A stretch of 64,000 bases of DNA from Microgenomates group bacterium. Its GTDB lineage: Bacteria > Patescibacteriota > Microgenomatia > Daviesbacterales > UBA10151. Shown here in pieces: positions 1-8,344 of this stretch; within the stretch, counting starts at the first letter, position 1, and each line of letters opens with the position of its first letter. Made by a program: the position numbers and the translations under genes. The notes beneath the pieces are model-generated. The model worked only from the letters and a program-made list of their open reading frames with translations, had not been told where the DNA came from and did no database searches. Location: positions 384,589 through 448,588 of the forward strand of contig JBAZXP010000001.1 in the NCBI GenBank assembly GCA_041659805.1, read 5' to 3'.

Positions 1-414
1 TTCATTAATATCATCCTCTCCGGCAAAGGGATCTATGATATTCCCGATCGCATCTAATGCCATTGCATTGATTGTGAAATCACGTCTGGCTAAATCTTCT
101 TCAATCTTATTTGTCCAGCCAACTTTAGTCGGATGACGTGAATCTTTATAAACCCCCTCTTTTCTCATTGTTGTGATCTCGAAGACCTCATTATCTATAG
201 GCAACCCGACTGTTCCGAATTTATTATCGTAAAAAGCGTCAGGGAAAATTTTTAACACATCTTCAGGTTGAGCGTCAGTTGTAAAATCCCAATCATGGAC
301 ATTTTTATTCATTATTAAATCGCGCACTGCGCCTCCAACTATATAGATTTCAAAGCCGGATAATTTAAATTTTTCTAAGACATCATTTACTTCTTTTGGT
401 AACAGATATGTCAT
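1..414 (-). CDS. cca: CCA-adding tRNA nucleotidyltransferase / poly(A) polymerase family, N-terminal head domain (3' part of gene lies outside window)
   Basis: Minus-strand translation from ATG at 414: MTYLLPKEVNDVLEKFKLSGFEIYIVGGAVRDLIM...RRDFTINAMALD. GGxVRD and RRDFTINA are hallmark motifs of the Pol-beta-type head domain of CCA/PAP enzymes. ORF runs off the window edge. Confidence 0.75.
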   Translation of the reverse strand, partial: MTYLLPKEVNDVLEKFKLSGFEIYIVGGAVRDLIMNKNVHDWDFTTDAQPEDVLKIFPDAFYDNKFGTVGLPIDNEVFEITTMRKEGVYKDSRHPTKVGWTNKIEEDLARRDFTINAMALDAIGNIIDPFAGEDDINE

Positions 415-520
415 TGACTTATTATAATCTATACCCAAAATACTGCAATTTGCAATTAATAATCAAAATTTTGGGTTCAAAATACTTAACGAGAGTTGTT
501 AACTCGAGTTAAATTAGTTT

Positions 521-2131
521 ATGATACAATCTTTTGATATGAAAACATGGAAAATATTCCCTCAAAAATTTGATGATCCGGTAAAACAATTGCTTTATAA
601 CCGTGGGCTAAAAACAGAAAAAGAAATTGAAGAATTTTTTCATCCAAAATTAGAAGATTTTGAAAAAGAATTAAATATTCCAGGGTTAGAGAAGGCAAAA
701 AAAAGAATTTTGCAGGCAATTAAAAATGAAGAGATAATTGTTGTTTTTGGTGATTACGATGCCGATGGAGTGTGTTCCTTAGCTGTAATGTATTATTCAA
801 TTTCAGAGTTAGGAGGAAAATTTTTGCCCTATATCCCCCATCGTGATAAAGAAGGGTATGGCTTATCAAAAGTAGGGTTGGACTATGCAAAGGAACAGGG
901 AGCGGGACTTGTAATCACTGTTGATAATGGGATTGTGGCGATAGATCAGTCAAAATATGCAAAAGAAATCGGTTTGGATTTAATTATTACTGATCATCAT
1001 TTACCGCTTGATATATTACCTGAAGCACATGCGATAGTCCATTCAACCAAACTTTGTGGAGCAGGTGTAGCTTGGAGTTTAGCAAGGGCTTTGGTTAACA
1101 CAAAAATAAGCAATGATTTATTGGATATAGTGGCGATCGCTACAGTATGCGACATGATGCCCCTAATTGGTGTGAATAGAGCTTTAGTAAGTGAGGGTCT
1201 TAAAAAATTAAATCATACAACTAAGGTTGGGTTAATTGCATTGATGGTTGAAGCTCGTTTAATAAAGGGAGAAATTACTACTTACCACATTGGTCATATC
1301 ATAGGTCCCAGAATTAACGCATTAGGGAGAATAGAGCATGCCATGGATTCCCTTCGCCTGCTTTGTACGAAAGATATTAAAAAAGCCAGAACAATTTCTA
1401 AGCATTTGTCTGATGTTAACGCACAAAAAAAACAGTTAACAGTTGACGCGATATTTGAAGCAAAAGAAATTATCAATCAAATCGAAATAAAGAAAAAAAT
1501 TATTATTGTTCGTTCAGATAAATGGATCCCCGGAATTATGGGACTCGTTGCAGGACGTTTAGTTGAAGAATATGGAATGCCGGCAATTGCTATATCTTGT
1601 GAGAATGGTTTTGCTAAGGGTTCTGCCAGATCAACTAATGAAGTAAATATCGTGGAGGTAATTAGAAAGTGCAGTGATTTATTAATTGGCGTCGGAGGAC
1701 ATCCGAAGGCTGCAGGTTTTTCTCTTGATGTAGAAAAAATTGAGCAGTTCAGGCAAAAAATGGAAAAGTTAATGGAAAGCGCTGAGGTTTTTGAGGGAGA
1801 AACTATTAATATAGAAACAACAATCAAAACAAAACAAATTACCAAAAAACTTGTGGAAGAGCTAGAGAATTTCGAACCAACTGGAGTGGAAAATCCTAAG
1901 CCTATTTTAGCTTCTATGCAAACACCTATTTTTGATATTCGAACAGTGGGAGAAGGGAAACACTTAAAGCTTAAAGTAGATGGATTAGATGCAATAGCTT
2001 TTGGCATGGGGGAGTTGGCAGAACAACTTAAAAATGGGCAGGATGTTAATTTAGCATATAATTTGGAGTTAAATACTTTCAATGGCGCGGAAAAAATTCA
2101 GCTGAAAATTGTAGATATTATTTCGTCTTAA
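521..2131 (+). CDS. recJ: single-stranded-DNA-specific exonuclease RecJ (DHH/DHHA1)
   Basis: 536 aa; VVFGDYDADGVCS, ITDHH (DHH motif), GGHPKAAG (DHHA1) in RecJ order. Confidence 0.8.
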   Translation: MIQSFDMKTWKIFPQKFDDPVKQLLYNRGLKTEKEIEEFFHPKLEDFEKELNIPGLEKAKKRILQAIKNEEIIVVFGDYDADGVCSLAVMYYSISELGGKFLPYIPHRDKEGYGLSKVGLDYAKEQGAGLVITVDNGIVAIDQSKYAKEIGLDLIITDHHLPLDILPEAHAIVHSTKLCGAGVAWSLARALVNTKISNDLLDIVAIATVCDMMPLIGVNRALVSEGLKKLNHTTKVGLIALMVEARLIKGEITTYHIGHIIGPRINALGRIEHAMDSLRLLCTKDIKKARTISKHLSDVNAQKKQLTVDAIFEAKEIINQIEIKKKIIIVRSDKWIPGIMGLVAGRLVEEYGMPAIAISCENGFAKGSARSTNEVNIVEVIRKCSDLLIGVGGHPKAAGFSLDVEKIEQFRQKMEKLMESAEVFEGETINIETTIKTKQITKKLVEELENFEPTGVENPKPILASMQTPIFDIRTVGEGKHLKLKVDGLDAIAFGMGELAEQLKNGQDVNLAYNLELNTFNGAEKIQLKIVDIISS

Positions 2132-2342
2132 AATAACCAATCCCCTCCCAGCCATTTATATCAAATCCAGTTACTCTAAATGTTCTTCCTTCAGGAACTG
2201 ATGCTTGTCCATTACCCATATAACAACCTTCCGGACTAACAGGTACTTTCATTACACCAACTTTATATCCTAATTTTTCTACTTCTTCCCGCGTGCTGAA
2301 TAATTCAGGTGCTGGTTTTGTTCTTTCTTTCACTTTTATCAC
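2118..2342 (-). CDS. small hypothetical protein (71-74 aa), GTG start
   Basis: ORF with AAGGAGGTG Shine-Dalgarno immediately upstream; likely start is the second GTG at 2333 (8 nt spacing). Lies downstream of leader repeat copy 1. No recognisable domain. Confidence 0.4.
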   Translation of the reverse strand: MIKVKERTKPAPELFSTREEVEKLGYKVGVMKVPVSPEGCYMGNGQASVPEGRTFRVTGFDINGWEGIGYFKTK

Positions 2343-2366
2343 CTCCTTTTAGGTAATTTTTTGAAT

Positions 2367-2468
2367 AAAAAAACCTCTCATTTCTGAGAGGCCTCCTTCT
2401 TCCTTAAGCTAATTTTTTTGCTTAAGTAAGACCTCCCATAGGTACTCCAATGAGTACCAAGAGAAGGC
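2367..2468 (-). repeat. ~100 bp structured leader repeat, copy 1 (three hairpins; AUG of a 10-codon uORF MRGFFIQKIT sequestered in hairpin CCUCUCAGAAAUGAGAGG)
   Basis: Near-identical to 3712-3814. Contains inverted repeats ggtactc/gagtacc, cttaagc/gcttaag and cctctca/tgagagg; GGAGG SD precedes the hairpin ATG. uORF stop TAA overlaps the SD of the downstream gene. Confidence 0.7.
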
Positions 2469-2597
2469 TGACGAGAATAATATTTAAAACTGAGATAGAT
2501 TTAATTTCCATTTGAGATATTTTATATCTAAATACTTATGTTTGTCAAAGACAGAATAAATTTGAAAAGCAAATAATTTTAATATATACTACAGGGT

Positions 2598-3014
2598 ATG
2601 CAAGAGACAGCCATAAGTTGTCCTTTTTGTAATATTCTTGAAGGAAAAATTCCAGGTTTTATAGTTGCGGAAAATAACCTTGCTACTTGTATACTTTCCC
2701 TGGAGGGGCATCCTTTAGTAATTCCTAAAAGGCACATCACTGATTATTTAGATCCCAGTTTGGATTCAAAAACGATTCAAGAACTAGCATTACTGGAGGC
2801 TAAGATAGTGCTATTAACTAGTAGGATATATGGTGTCAAAGATATAGCAATGCTTTCACTGAATGGAACCGGTGCCGGTCAGGAAGTGAGTCATTTGCAT
2901 AAACATATTATTCCGGTAATTAGCGGTCCAAGGATTATCAGCATTAGACGTACACCTAATCTGGATAATTCTAAGTTATCTGAAATAGCTGCTAAATTTA
3001 AAGAGATGGTGTAG
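2598..3014 (+). CDS. HIT-family (histidine triad) nucleotide hydrolase
   Basis: 138 aa; N-terminal CPFC zinc motif and HLHKHIIP histidine-triad (HxHxHxx) motif. Confidence 0.75.
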   Translation: MQETAISCPFCNILEGKIPGFIVAENNLATCILSLEGHPLVIPKRHITDYLDPSLDSKTIQELALLEAKIVLLTSRIYGVKDIAMLSLNGTGAGQEVSHLHKHIIPVISGPRIISIRRTPNLDNSKLSEIAAKFKEMV

Positions 3015-3726
3015 CACTTAAATGTTGATGTCGTCTGATTGCTGAACAAGCCCTTCGTGCTGCTGTCTGCAAAAACTTTTGTCTTGAGTATTCAATAGCA
3101 TCATGCTCGATTTTTTGCCAAATCCCGGAAGGATCGTGAAGAGGTCTGGCAAGCGATCCGATGTATGTTAATGCTTCGTTATAATTATTTCTGGTTAATT
3201 TTTCCAGATTTTGAATGTGAACTCCTATATTATTATGTATTCGTTCTCCTCCCTGAGCTCGGTAAGGTCTGATATAATCAAAAAGTTCGTTTCGGGTGTT
3301 TTCTGTAAAATCACCGATTACTGTCAGATCGACGTTGCTGGGATCGTCATGATATTTGTCCCGTGTTAATCCTTTGGCAACTGATCCAAAAAGCAGGACA
3401 GCAAAGTTGTTTAAGTCCAGTCTTTTTGCTTCGTCAACAATATGAGATGTCATTTTCTGTGCTTCTGCATATAAATATTGCCTCCAGTTTAAATCTACAG
3501 AATACATATATTGTCTGCCTGAATTAGGTGTAGGAAAACGTTTTTTCATATGGGGATCATCAACCAGAATCTTCAGTCTCTGACATTCCTCTTCCGGAAG
3601 AGAATTATTTTTTAAAATAGCCGAGGAAATAGCTTTTGTTGATTCACTGGGAAGCAGGACAATAAGTCCTAAAGTATGTGCCCAAAACATTTGTTCGCCT
3701 TTTTCTTTCATAAAAAAACCTCTCAT
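2998..3726 (-). CDS. Pol-beta superfamily nucleotidyltransferase-domain protein (paralog A)
   Basis: 242 aa; LLFGSVAKGLTRDKYHDDPSNVDLTVIGDF matches hG[GS]...D.D NTase motif. Start ATG (MRGFF...) sits inside the leader hairpin, with GGAGG SD 10 nt upstream. Tail-to-tail overlap with the HIT gene. Confidence 0.6.
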   Translation of the reverse strand: MRGFFMKEKGEQMFWAHTLGLIVLLPSESTKAISSAILKNNSLPEEECQRLKILVDDPHMKKRFPTPNSGRQYMYSVDLNWRQYLYAEAQKMTSHIVDEAKRLDLNNFAVLLFGSVAKGLTRDKYHDDPSNVDLTVIGDFTENTRNELFDYIRPYRAQGGERIHNNIGVHIQNLEKLTRNNYNEALTYIGSLARPLHDPSGIWQKIEHDAIEYSRQKFLQTAARRACSAIRRHQHLSATPSL

Positions 3727-3814
3727 TTCTGAGAGGCCTCCTTCTTCCTTAAGCTAATTTTTTTGCTTAAGTAAGACCTCTCATAGGTACTCTAATGAGG
3801 ACCAAAGAGTGGCC
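3712..3814 (-). repeat. ~100 bp structured leader repeat, copy 2 (includes SD and MRGFF start of NTase paralog A)
   Basis: Aligns with 2367-2468 at >90% identity over ~85 bp, then decays. Confidence 0.7.
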
Positions 3815-3970
3815 AATAAATTTAATATTTGTGATAGTTGTATTTAAATAATTCATACCAAAGAGTATTTTAGATCTTTAAGTTTACTCTTGTCAACAAC
3901 AAAAGTGTTTGTTAAAATATTTTTTATGTTCAACAAGCATAGCAACTTTAGATTTTTCTTTACCTTCGCT

Positions 3971-4040
3971 AATTCGCGGAGGTAATTTTGCAACCTTAAG
4001 AAAGCAGCAAAAGAAGCCTCCGGTAAGCGGAGGTTTTTTT
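3971..4040 (+). promoter_or_regulatory. attenuator-like leader: intrinsic terminator hairpin (GCCUCCG-guaag-CGGAGG + U7) with upstream competing CGCGGAGG segment, just 5' of NTase paralog B
   Basis: Stem 4017-4022/4028-4033 followed by ttttttt at 4034-4040, ending 12 nt before the ATG at 4052. cgcggagg at 3975-3982 could pair with cctccg instead. Confidence 0.4.
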
Positions 4041-4051
4041 GTGGAGAAAAT

Positions 4052-4843
4052 ATGAAAACAGAAATAAACAAATACATTATTCATGAACGGTCAGGATTGC
4101 CGATAAGAATTCCGCCGTATCTAAGAAAAGAACTTGCGCACGGCACGGAAATTGGAGAGATACAAAAAGAAATGATTAGAAAAAGTCCGGTTATTGGATG
4201 CAGAGGTGAACAGGATTGTCTGCCGGGTAATTTACTTGAAAATATCCGTTTAAGGAAGATAGCCAAATTGGTATCAAATAGATTGGTGGAAATTGCAGAA
4301 GACAGGCAGATCAGTCGGTATTGTACTGTTGTGCATGGATCACTTGCCAGAGGATTGGTTCGTTGTCCGGAAAGTTCGGATCCCAGCGACATAGACATTG
4401 ATTTAGTAATTGGAGGTAAGAAAGACTGCAGTGATTTGAGGAAACAAGTCCGCGAACAAATGCATGGCTTAAAAGATTCTCTTGGAGCTCGGATTGATAC
4501 TTATGTTTGGAATATTGAAGAAATGAGAAGGAATAAAGGTGACTATGCCAGGTTAAGTTTAAGTGCCGGTGCTTACGTACTTGTGAGTAAAGGAAGCTTA
4601 TGGGAAGAGATTTTCGAGGTAGGCATAGAGAGCCAAAAATTTATTAATTTAGAGAGAAATATCAAAGATCAATTAGCTAAACGCCTTGATCATATTTTAA
4701 TAAAAAATAATATCACTGAAGCATTAACAGATTTTAAAAGCGATAGAATGCAATTAGTCGTGGGTTCTTATTTTAACGGAACATCAGAACCTTGGGAAAT
4801 AAGATTAAAAGCACAAGCTTTAAAAAGACTGATTATGTCTTAA
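4052..4843 (+). CDS. Pol-beta superfamily nucleotidyltransferase-domain protein (paralog B)
   Basis: 263 aa; VVHGSLARGLVRCPESSDPSDIDIDLVIGG (GS...DxD). Same architecture as paralog A: ~100 aa N-extension, NTase core, ~130 aa C-region. Confidence 0.6.
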   Translation: MKTEINKYIIHERSGLPIRIPPYLRKELAHGTEIGEIQKEMIRKSPVIGCRGEQDCLPGNLLENIRLRKIAKLVSNRLVEIAEDRQISRYCTVVHGSLARGLVRCPESSDPSDIDIDLVIGGKKDCSDLRKQVREQMHGLKDSLGARIDTYVWNIEEMRRNKGDYARLSLSAGAYVLVSKGSLWEEIFEVGIESQKFINLERNIKDQLAKRLDHILIKNNITEALTDFKSDRMQLVVGSYFNGTSEPWEIRLKAQALKRLIMS

Positions 4844-5052
4844 ATCAAAAAAACAAAAGGAGGTGATAATTACAGCAGCAGCGTGTAATAAGCTAATTGA
4901 AGCGAAAAAGATGGGTGCCGGCGATAATATTATTAATTCGGCACTGGAAAACTTAGTAAATGTGGTTGCAAACACTAAAGGTAGTGCAGAAGCTCTTAGA
5001 CAACTCCAACCTGATTGATATTGTTAATCTAGCCTCAAACTGATATGATCTA

Positions 5053-6384
5053 TTGGTTATGCAAAGAACATTAATTATTGATTGTAATAAAAACATTGGA
5101 GAAACAGTGGAAATTTGTGGTTGGGTACAAACCAGGCGTGACCATGGGAAAATTGTGTTTTTAGATGTTTTGGATAGATCTGGAGTTATTCAGGTTGTGG
5201 TAATGGGAGATAAAGCAGGTGATTTAAGACCCCAGGATGTAGTTTGTATAGAAGGTAATGTGGCAAAACGCCCAGAACACATGATAAATAAAAATTTATC
5301 AACAGGTGAAATTGAACTTCAGGCAGAAAAAGTTGAAATATTGTCTAAAGCAGAAGAATTACCTTTTGATATGGGAGGTAAAGATTTAGATCTGCAGCTA
5401 CCTACTCTTTTAGATTTTAGAGGTTTAACTTTAAGACATCCAAAAGTTAAAGCAATTTTTAAAGTACAAGAAGCTGTGATAAATGCTTTTAGAGAAGGAC
5501 TTAAAAAACATAATTTTACAGAATTCCAGGCTCCTGTAATTATTCCTCAAACAGCAGAAGGTGGAGCAGAAGTTTTTGAAGTAAATTATTTTGGGAATAA
5601 AGCATTCTTAGCCCAGAGCCCACAATTTTATAAACAAATTTTAGTAGGAGTTTATGAAAGAGTTTTTACTGTAAATAAAACTTTAAGAGCAGAACCATCT
5701 GTTACTACCAGACATTTAGCAGAAGCAACAACGCTTGATGCAGAAATGGGTTTTATAAATAGCTGGGAAGATTTGATGGATGAAATAGAATATTTGATTA
5801 AATATATTTTTAAAAGTGTTGAGCAAGAATGTGCAGATGAATTAAAACTTTATGATGTTTCAGTTCCTCAAATTGAAAATAAAATTCCCCGAATAAAAAT
5901 GAGAGAAGCTCAGGAAATAATTTATAAAAGGACAGGAGTGGATCACAGAAATGAACCAGACCTGGCCCCAGAAGATGAAAGGGAGATTGGAAAATGGGCG
6001 ATTGAAGAGCATAAATCAGAAGTAATTTTTATAACCCATTACCCTACTTCCAAAAGACCTTTTTATACAATGCCAGACAAAGATGATCCAGAACATACTT
6101 TGAGTTTTGATTTAATTGGCAGGGGAGTGGAATGGTTAACTGGTGGACAAAGAATTAATAATTTAGAAACTCTGATAGAAAAAGCCAAAGCAAAAGGGGT
6201 AGATTTACACAAAAGTGAACTTTATATTCAGGCTTTTAAATATGGTATGCCTCCAGAAGGTGGTTGGTCTTTTGGTTCAGAAAGAATTACTCAGGGAATT
6301 CTAGGACTCTCAAATATTCGTGAGGCATCTTTATTTCCAAGAGATATGGAGAGGGTTGATGTCCGATTATCCACTATAAAATGA
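5053..6384 (+). CDS. aspS: aspartyl-tRNA synthetase, archaeal/eukaryotic-type class IIb (AsnRS not fully excluded)
   Basis: 443 aa; N-terminal OB fold, QSPQFYKQ, RAEPSVTTRHLAEATTLDAEMGF motif 2-like, C-terminal GxGxERxxxxxxGxxNIRExxLFPRD. Confidence 0.7.
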   Translation: MVMQRTLIIDCNKNIGETVEICGWVQTRRDHGKIVFLDVLDRSGVIQVVVMGDKAGDLRPQDVVCIEGNVAKRPEHMINKNLSTGEIELQAEKVEILSKAEELPFDMGGKDLDLQLPTLLDFRGLTLRHPKVKAIFKVQEAVINAFREGLKKHNFTEFQAPVIIPQTAEGGAEVFEVNYFGNKAFLAQSPQFYKQILVGVYERVFTVNKTLRAEPSVTTRHLAEATTLDAEMGFINSWEDLMDEIEYLIKYIFKSVEQECADELKLYDVSVPQIENKIPRIKMREAQEIIYKRTGVDHRNEPDLAPEDEREIGKWAIEEHKSEVIFITHYPTSKRPFYTMPDKDDPEHTLSFDLIGRGVEWLTGGQRINNLETLIEKAKAKGVDLHKSELYIQAFKYGMPPEGGWSFGSERITQGILGLSNIREASLFPRDMERVDVRLSTIK

Positions 6385-7307
6385 GGCCCTTTTTATATGG
6401 TTTGGTTATAATCCTAGTTTCTATAAGTGTGCTTTTGAGTTTGCCTAAAGCAGTTAATTTAACCGCAAGTTTAGTGGAAGCCAAAAATATTCCGACCAAC
6501 AAAGTTTTGGAAAATACTGAAAAGGTTGCCGGAGTAAGTATTGTAATTCCAAAATTAAAATCCGATTTTACAAATGTTCCTTTTGTCAGTGCAACTGCAG
6601 TTATAATAAAAGACTTGTCTTCGGGGACTCTTTTATATGTTAAAGATCCTGATAAAAGGGTGCCGATTGCATCGACGACTAAAATTATGACTGCTTTAGT
6701 TGCCAGTGAATATTTTAGACCGGCAGATGTTTTAAAGGTTTATGAAACATCCTTAGTTAGTGGATCATCGATGGGATTAAAACTTGGAGAAGAGATGACT
6801 TTTAGGAGTTTGTTATACGGAATGCTTCTTAATTCCGGCAATGATGCGGCTTTTACTATTGCTGATAATTATCCAGGAGGTAAAGATGCTTTTGTTAAAG
6901 CCATGAATGTAAAAGCCCAAAATTTAGGACTGATTAATACCCATTTTGAAAATCCGGCCGGCTTTGATGATATTAACCATTATTCCTCAGCCAATGATTT
7001 GGCGAAAATTGCAGAAGCTGCTATTTCAAATTCTCAATTTGCCAGAATAGTTTCCACAAAAGACACGGTTGTTTTTTCTATTGATAAACAATCAGAACAT
7101 CAGCTAAAAAATTTAAATAAATTATTGAATTTACCCGGAGTATTGGGGATTAAAACCGGAACCACCCCGATTGCAAAAGAGAATTTAGTTGCTTTAGTAG
7201 ATCGTAATAATGAAAAAATATTAATTGTAGTGCTTGGAAGTGATGACCGTTTTGCGGAAACAGAAAAAATGCTTGATTGGGCATACGCAAATTTTACTTG
7301 GGAATAA
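6381..7307 (+). CDS. D-alanyl-D-alanine carboxypeptidase (peptidase S11, PBP5/DacA-like)
   Basis: SxxK (ASTTKIMT), SGND (LNSGNDAAF), KTG (GIKTGTT) motifs; N-terminal signal/TM. Confidence 0.8.
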   Translation: MRPFLYGLVIILVSISVLLSLPKAVNLTASLVEAKNIPTNKVLENTEKVAGVSIVIPKLKSDFTNVPFVSATAVIIKDLSSGTLLYVKDPDKRVPIASTTKIMTALVASEYFRPADVLKVYETSLVSGSSMGLKLGEEMTFRSLLYGMLLNSGNDAAFTIADNYPGGKDAFVKAMNVKAQNLGLINTHFENPAGFDDINHYSSANDLAKIAEAAISNSQFARIVSTKDTVVFSIDKQSEHQLKNLNKLLNLPGVLGIKTGTTPIAKENLVALVDRNNEKILIVVLGSDDRFAETEKMLDWAYANFTWE

Positions 7308-7308
7308 T

Positions 7309-8307
7309 TTATTCTGATTTTATTGCGGAGACTAAAGCTGTAAATTGAGGCCCTTCAAAAACATACACAGGTTGTAAATAAGGTGAATATTCTTCCGGCT
7401 CAAAGTAAGCCAAATATACATTAGAAATGGATACTTTGGCTTGTGATGGAATTTGTGAAATATAGCCCTGCCCTGATTGTAACTGTGCATAAGCATTCTC
7501 AATCGATTGTAACGGGTAGCTGGCGGAAGTTGTCTTATCGATTTGCCAATAAATATAATTTAATTTTGGGAAACGGTCAGTTTCATTAACGGAATTAATG
7601 GCTGTTGCTGATACTAACCCACTTGACGCAGAAGAAGTGACTATTTTTAATCCATCTAAATCAGAAGGCCATAAAGATATTAAGGCTGAAGTTGAGGTAG
7701 TGGGTGTACTCTTATTATATATAACTGCACTTTTGCCGTTTGATAAATCTTCGTTTAATAAACCGGTGCCTTGTAACAATCCTTTAAACGAAGCGAGAAG
7801 CTGATCCTGGTTTATAAAGGCAGTATCTAATTTGGCTGAAACTGAAGCTTGTTTTTGATAATTAAAGTTTCCGGTGATTAAGTCTACGGTAAAAAAGTTG
7901 TTGGAATTATCAGAATACCTATATGTTGTGGGATTTAAGACTTCTCTGGCGCCAAGAAACCCGAATTTTGCAGCCAGTTTCTGAGATTCATCTGGAGCTA
8001 AAAGAGAAACGATATTTGCTCTTGGTATAAAATAAACTTTTATAATTTTCGGTAATTGGGGCAGGTTTCCTGTTTCTGTTGCAATTGAATAGGAATAATT
8101 TGATGAAGAAACAGTCGCTTTCGGGAAAACAATTTTAGGTAAAATCCCGAATTTCATATCAGGCTTTTCAATAATTGGAGGAAGTGTAGATTGATAATAG
8201 TTATACCAGACTCGATAGCCGATTGCAGAAATCGTGCCCAGAATTAATAGGGCAACAAAAGCAATTACTCCTCTTCTTGTAATGGTCGCAACTTGAGTTA
8301 ATGTCAT
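7309..8307 (-). CDS. hypothetical membrane-anchored secreted protein
   Basis: 332 aa; single N-terminal TM (VIAFVALLILGTISAIGY), Ser/Thr-rich extracytoplasmic region; no motif recognised. Confidence 0.4.
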   Translation of the reverse strand: MTLTQVATITRRGVIAFVALLILGTISAIGYRVWYNYYQSTLPPIIEKPDMKFGILPKIVFPKATVSSSNYSYSIATETGNLPQLPKIIKVYFIPRANIVSLLAPDESQKLAAKFGFLGAREVLNPTTYRYSDNSNNFFTVDLITGNFNYQKQASVSAKLDTAFINQDQLLASFKGLLQGTGLLNEDLSNGKSAVIYNKSTPTTSTSALISLWPSDLDGLKIVTSSASSGLVSATAINSVNETDRFPKLNYIYWQIDKTTSASYPLQSIENAYAQLQSGQGYISQIPSQAKVSISNVYLAYFEPEEYSPYLQPVYVFEGPQFTALVSAIKSE

Positions 8308-8344
8308 GGCAGATTAGTATTATTATAACTTAAGTTGGTATAAT

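Noticed and set aside
1294-2082. Minus-strand ORFs 1294..1476 and 1477..2082 inside recJ
   Set aside because: Antisense to a well-supported RecJ coding sequence; no SD or domain signal
2367-2468. Possibility that the duplicated ~100 bp element is an SRP (4.5S) RNA or other known ncRNA
   Set aside because: It lacks the SRP domain IV GGAAG/AGCAGC signatures. Both copies sit exactly at gene 5' ends with embedded SD and start codon, which fits a cis-acting leader better than a trans RNA
3853-4084. Minus-strand ORFs 3853..4077 and 3893..4084 in the NTase-B leader
   Set aside because: They overlap the terminator/antiterminator hairpins and the NTase B start. There is no SD, and the region is better explained as a structured non-coding leader
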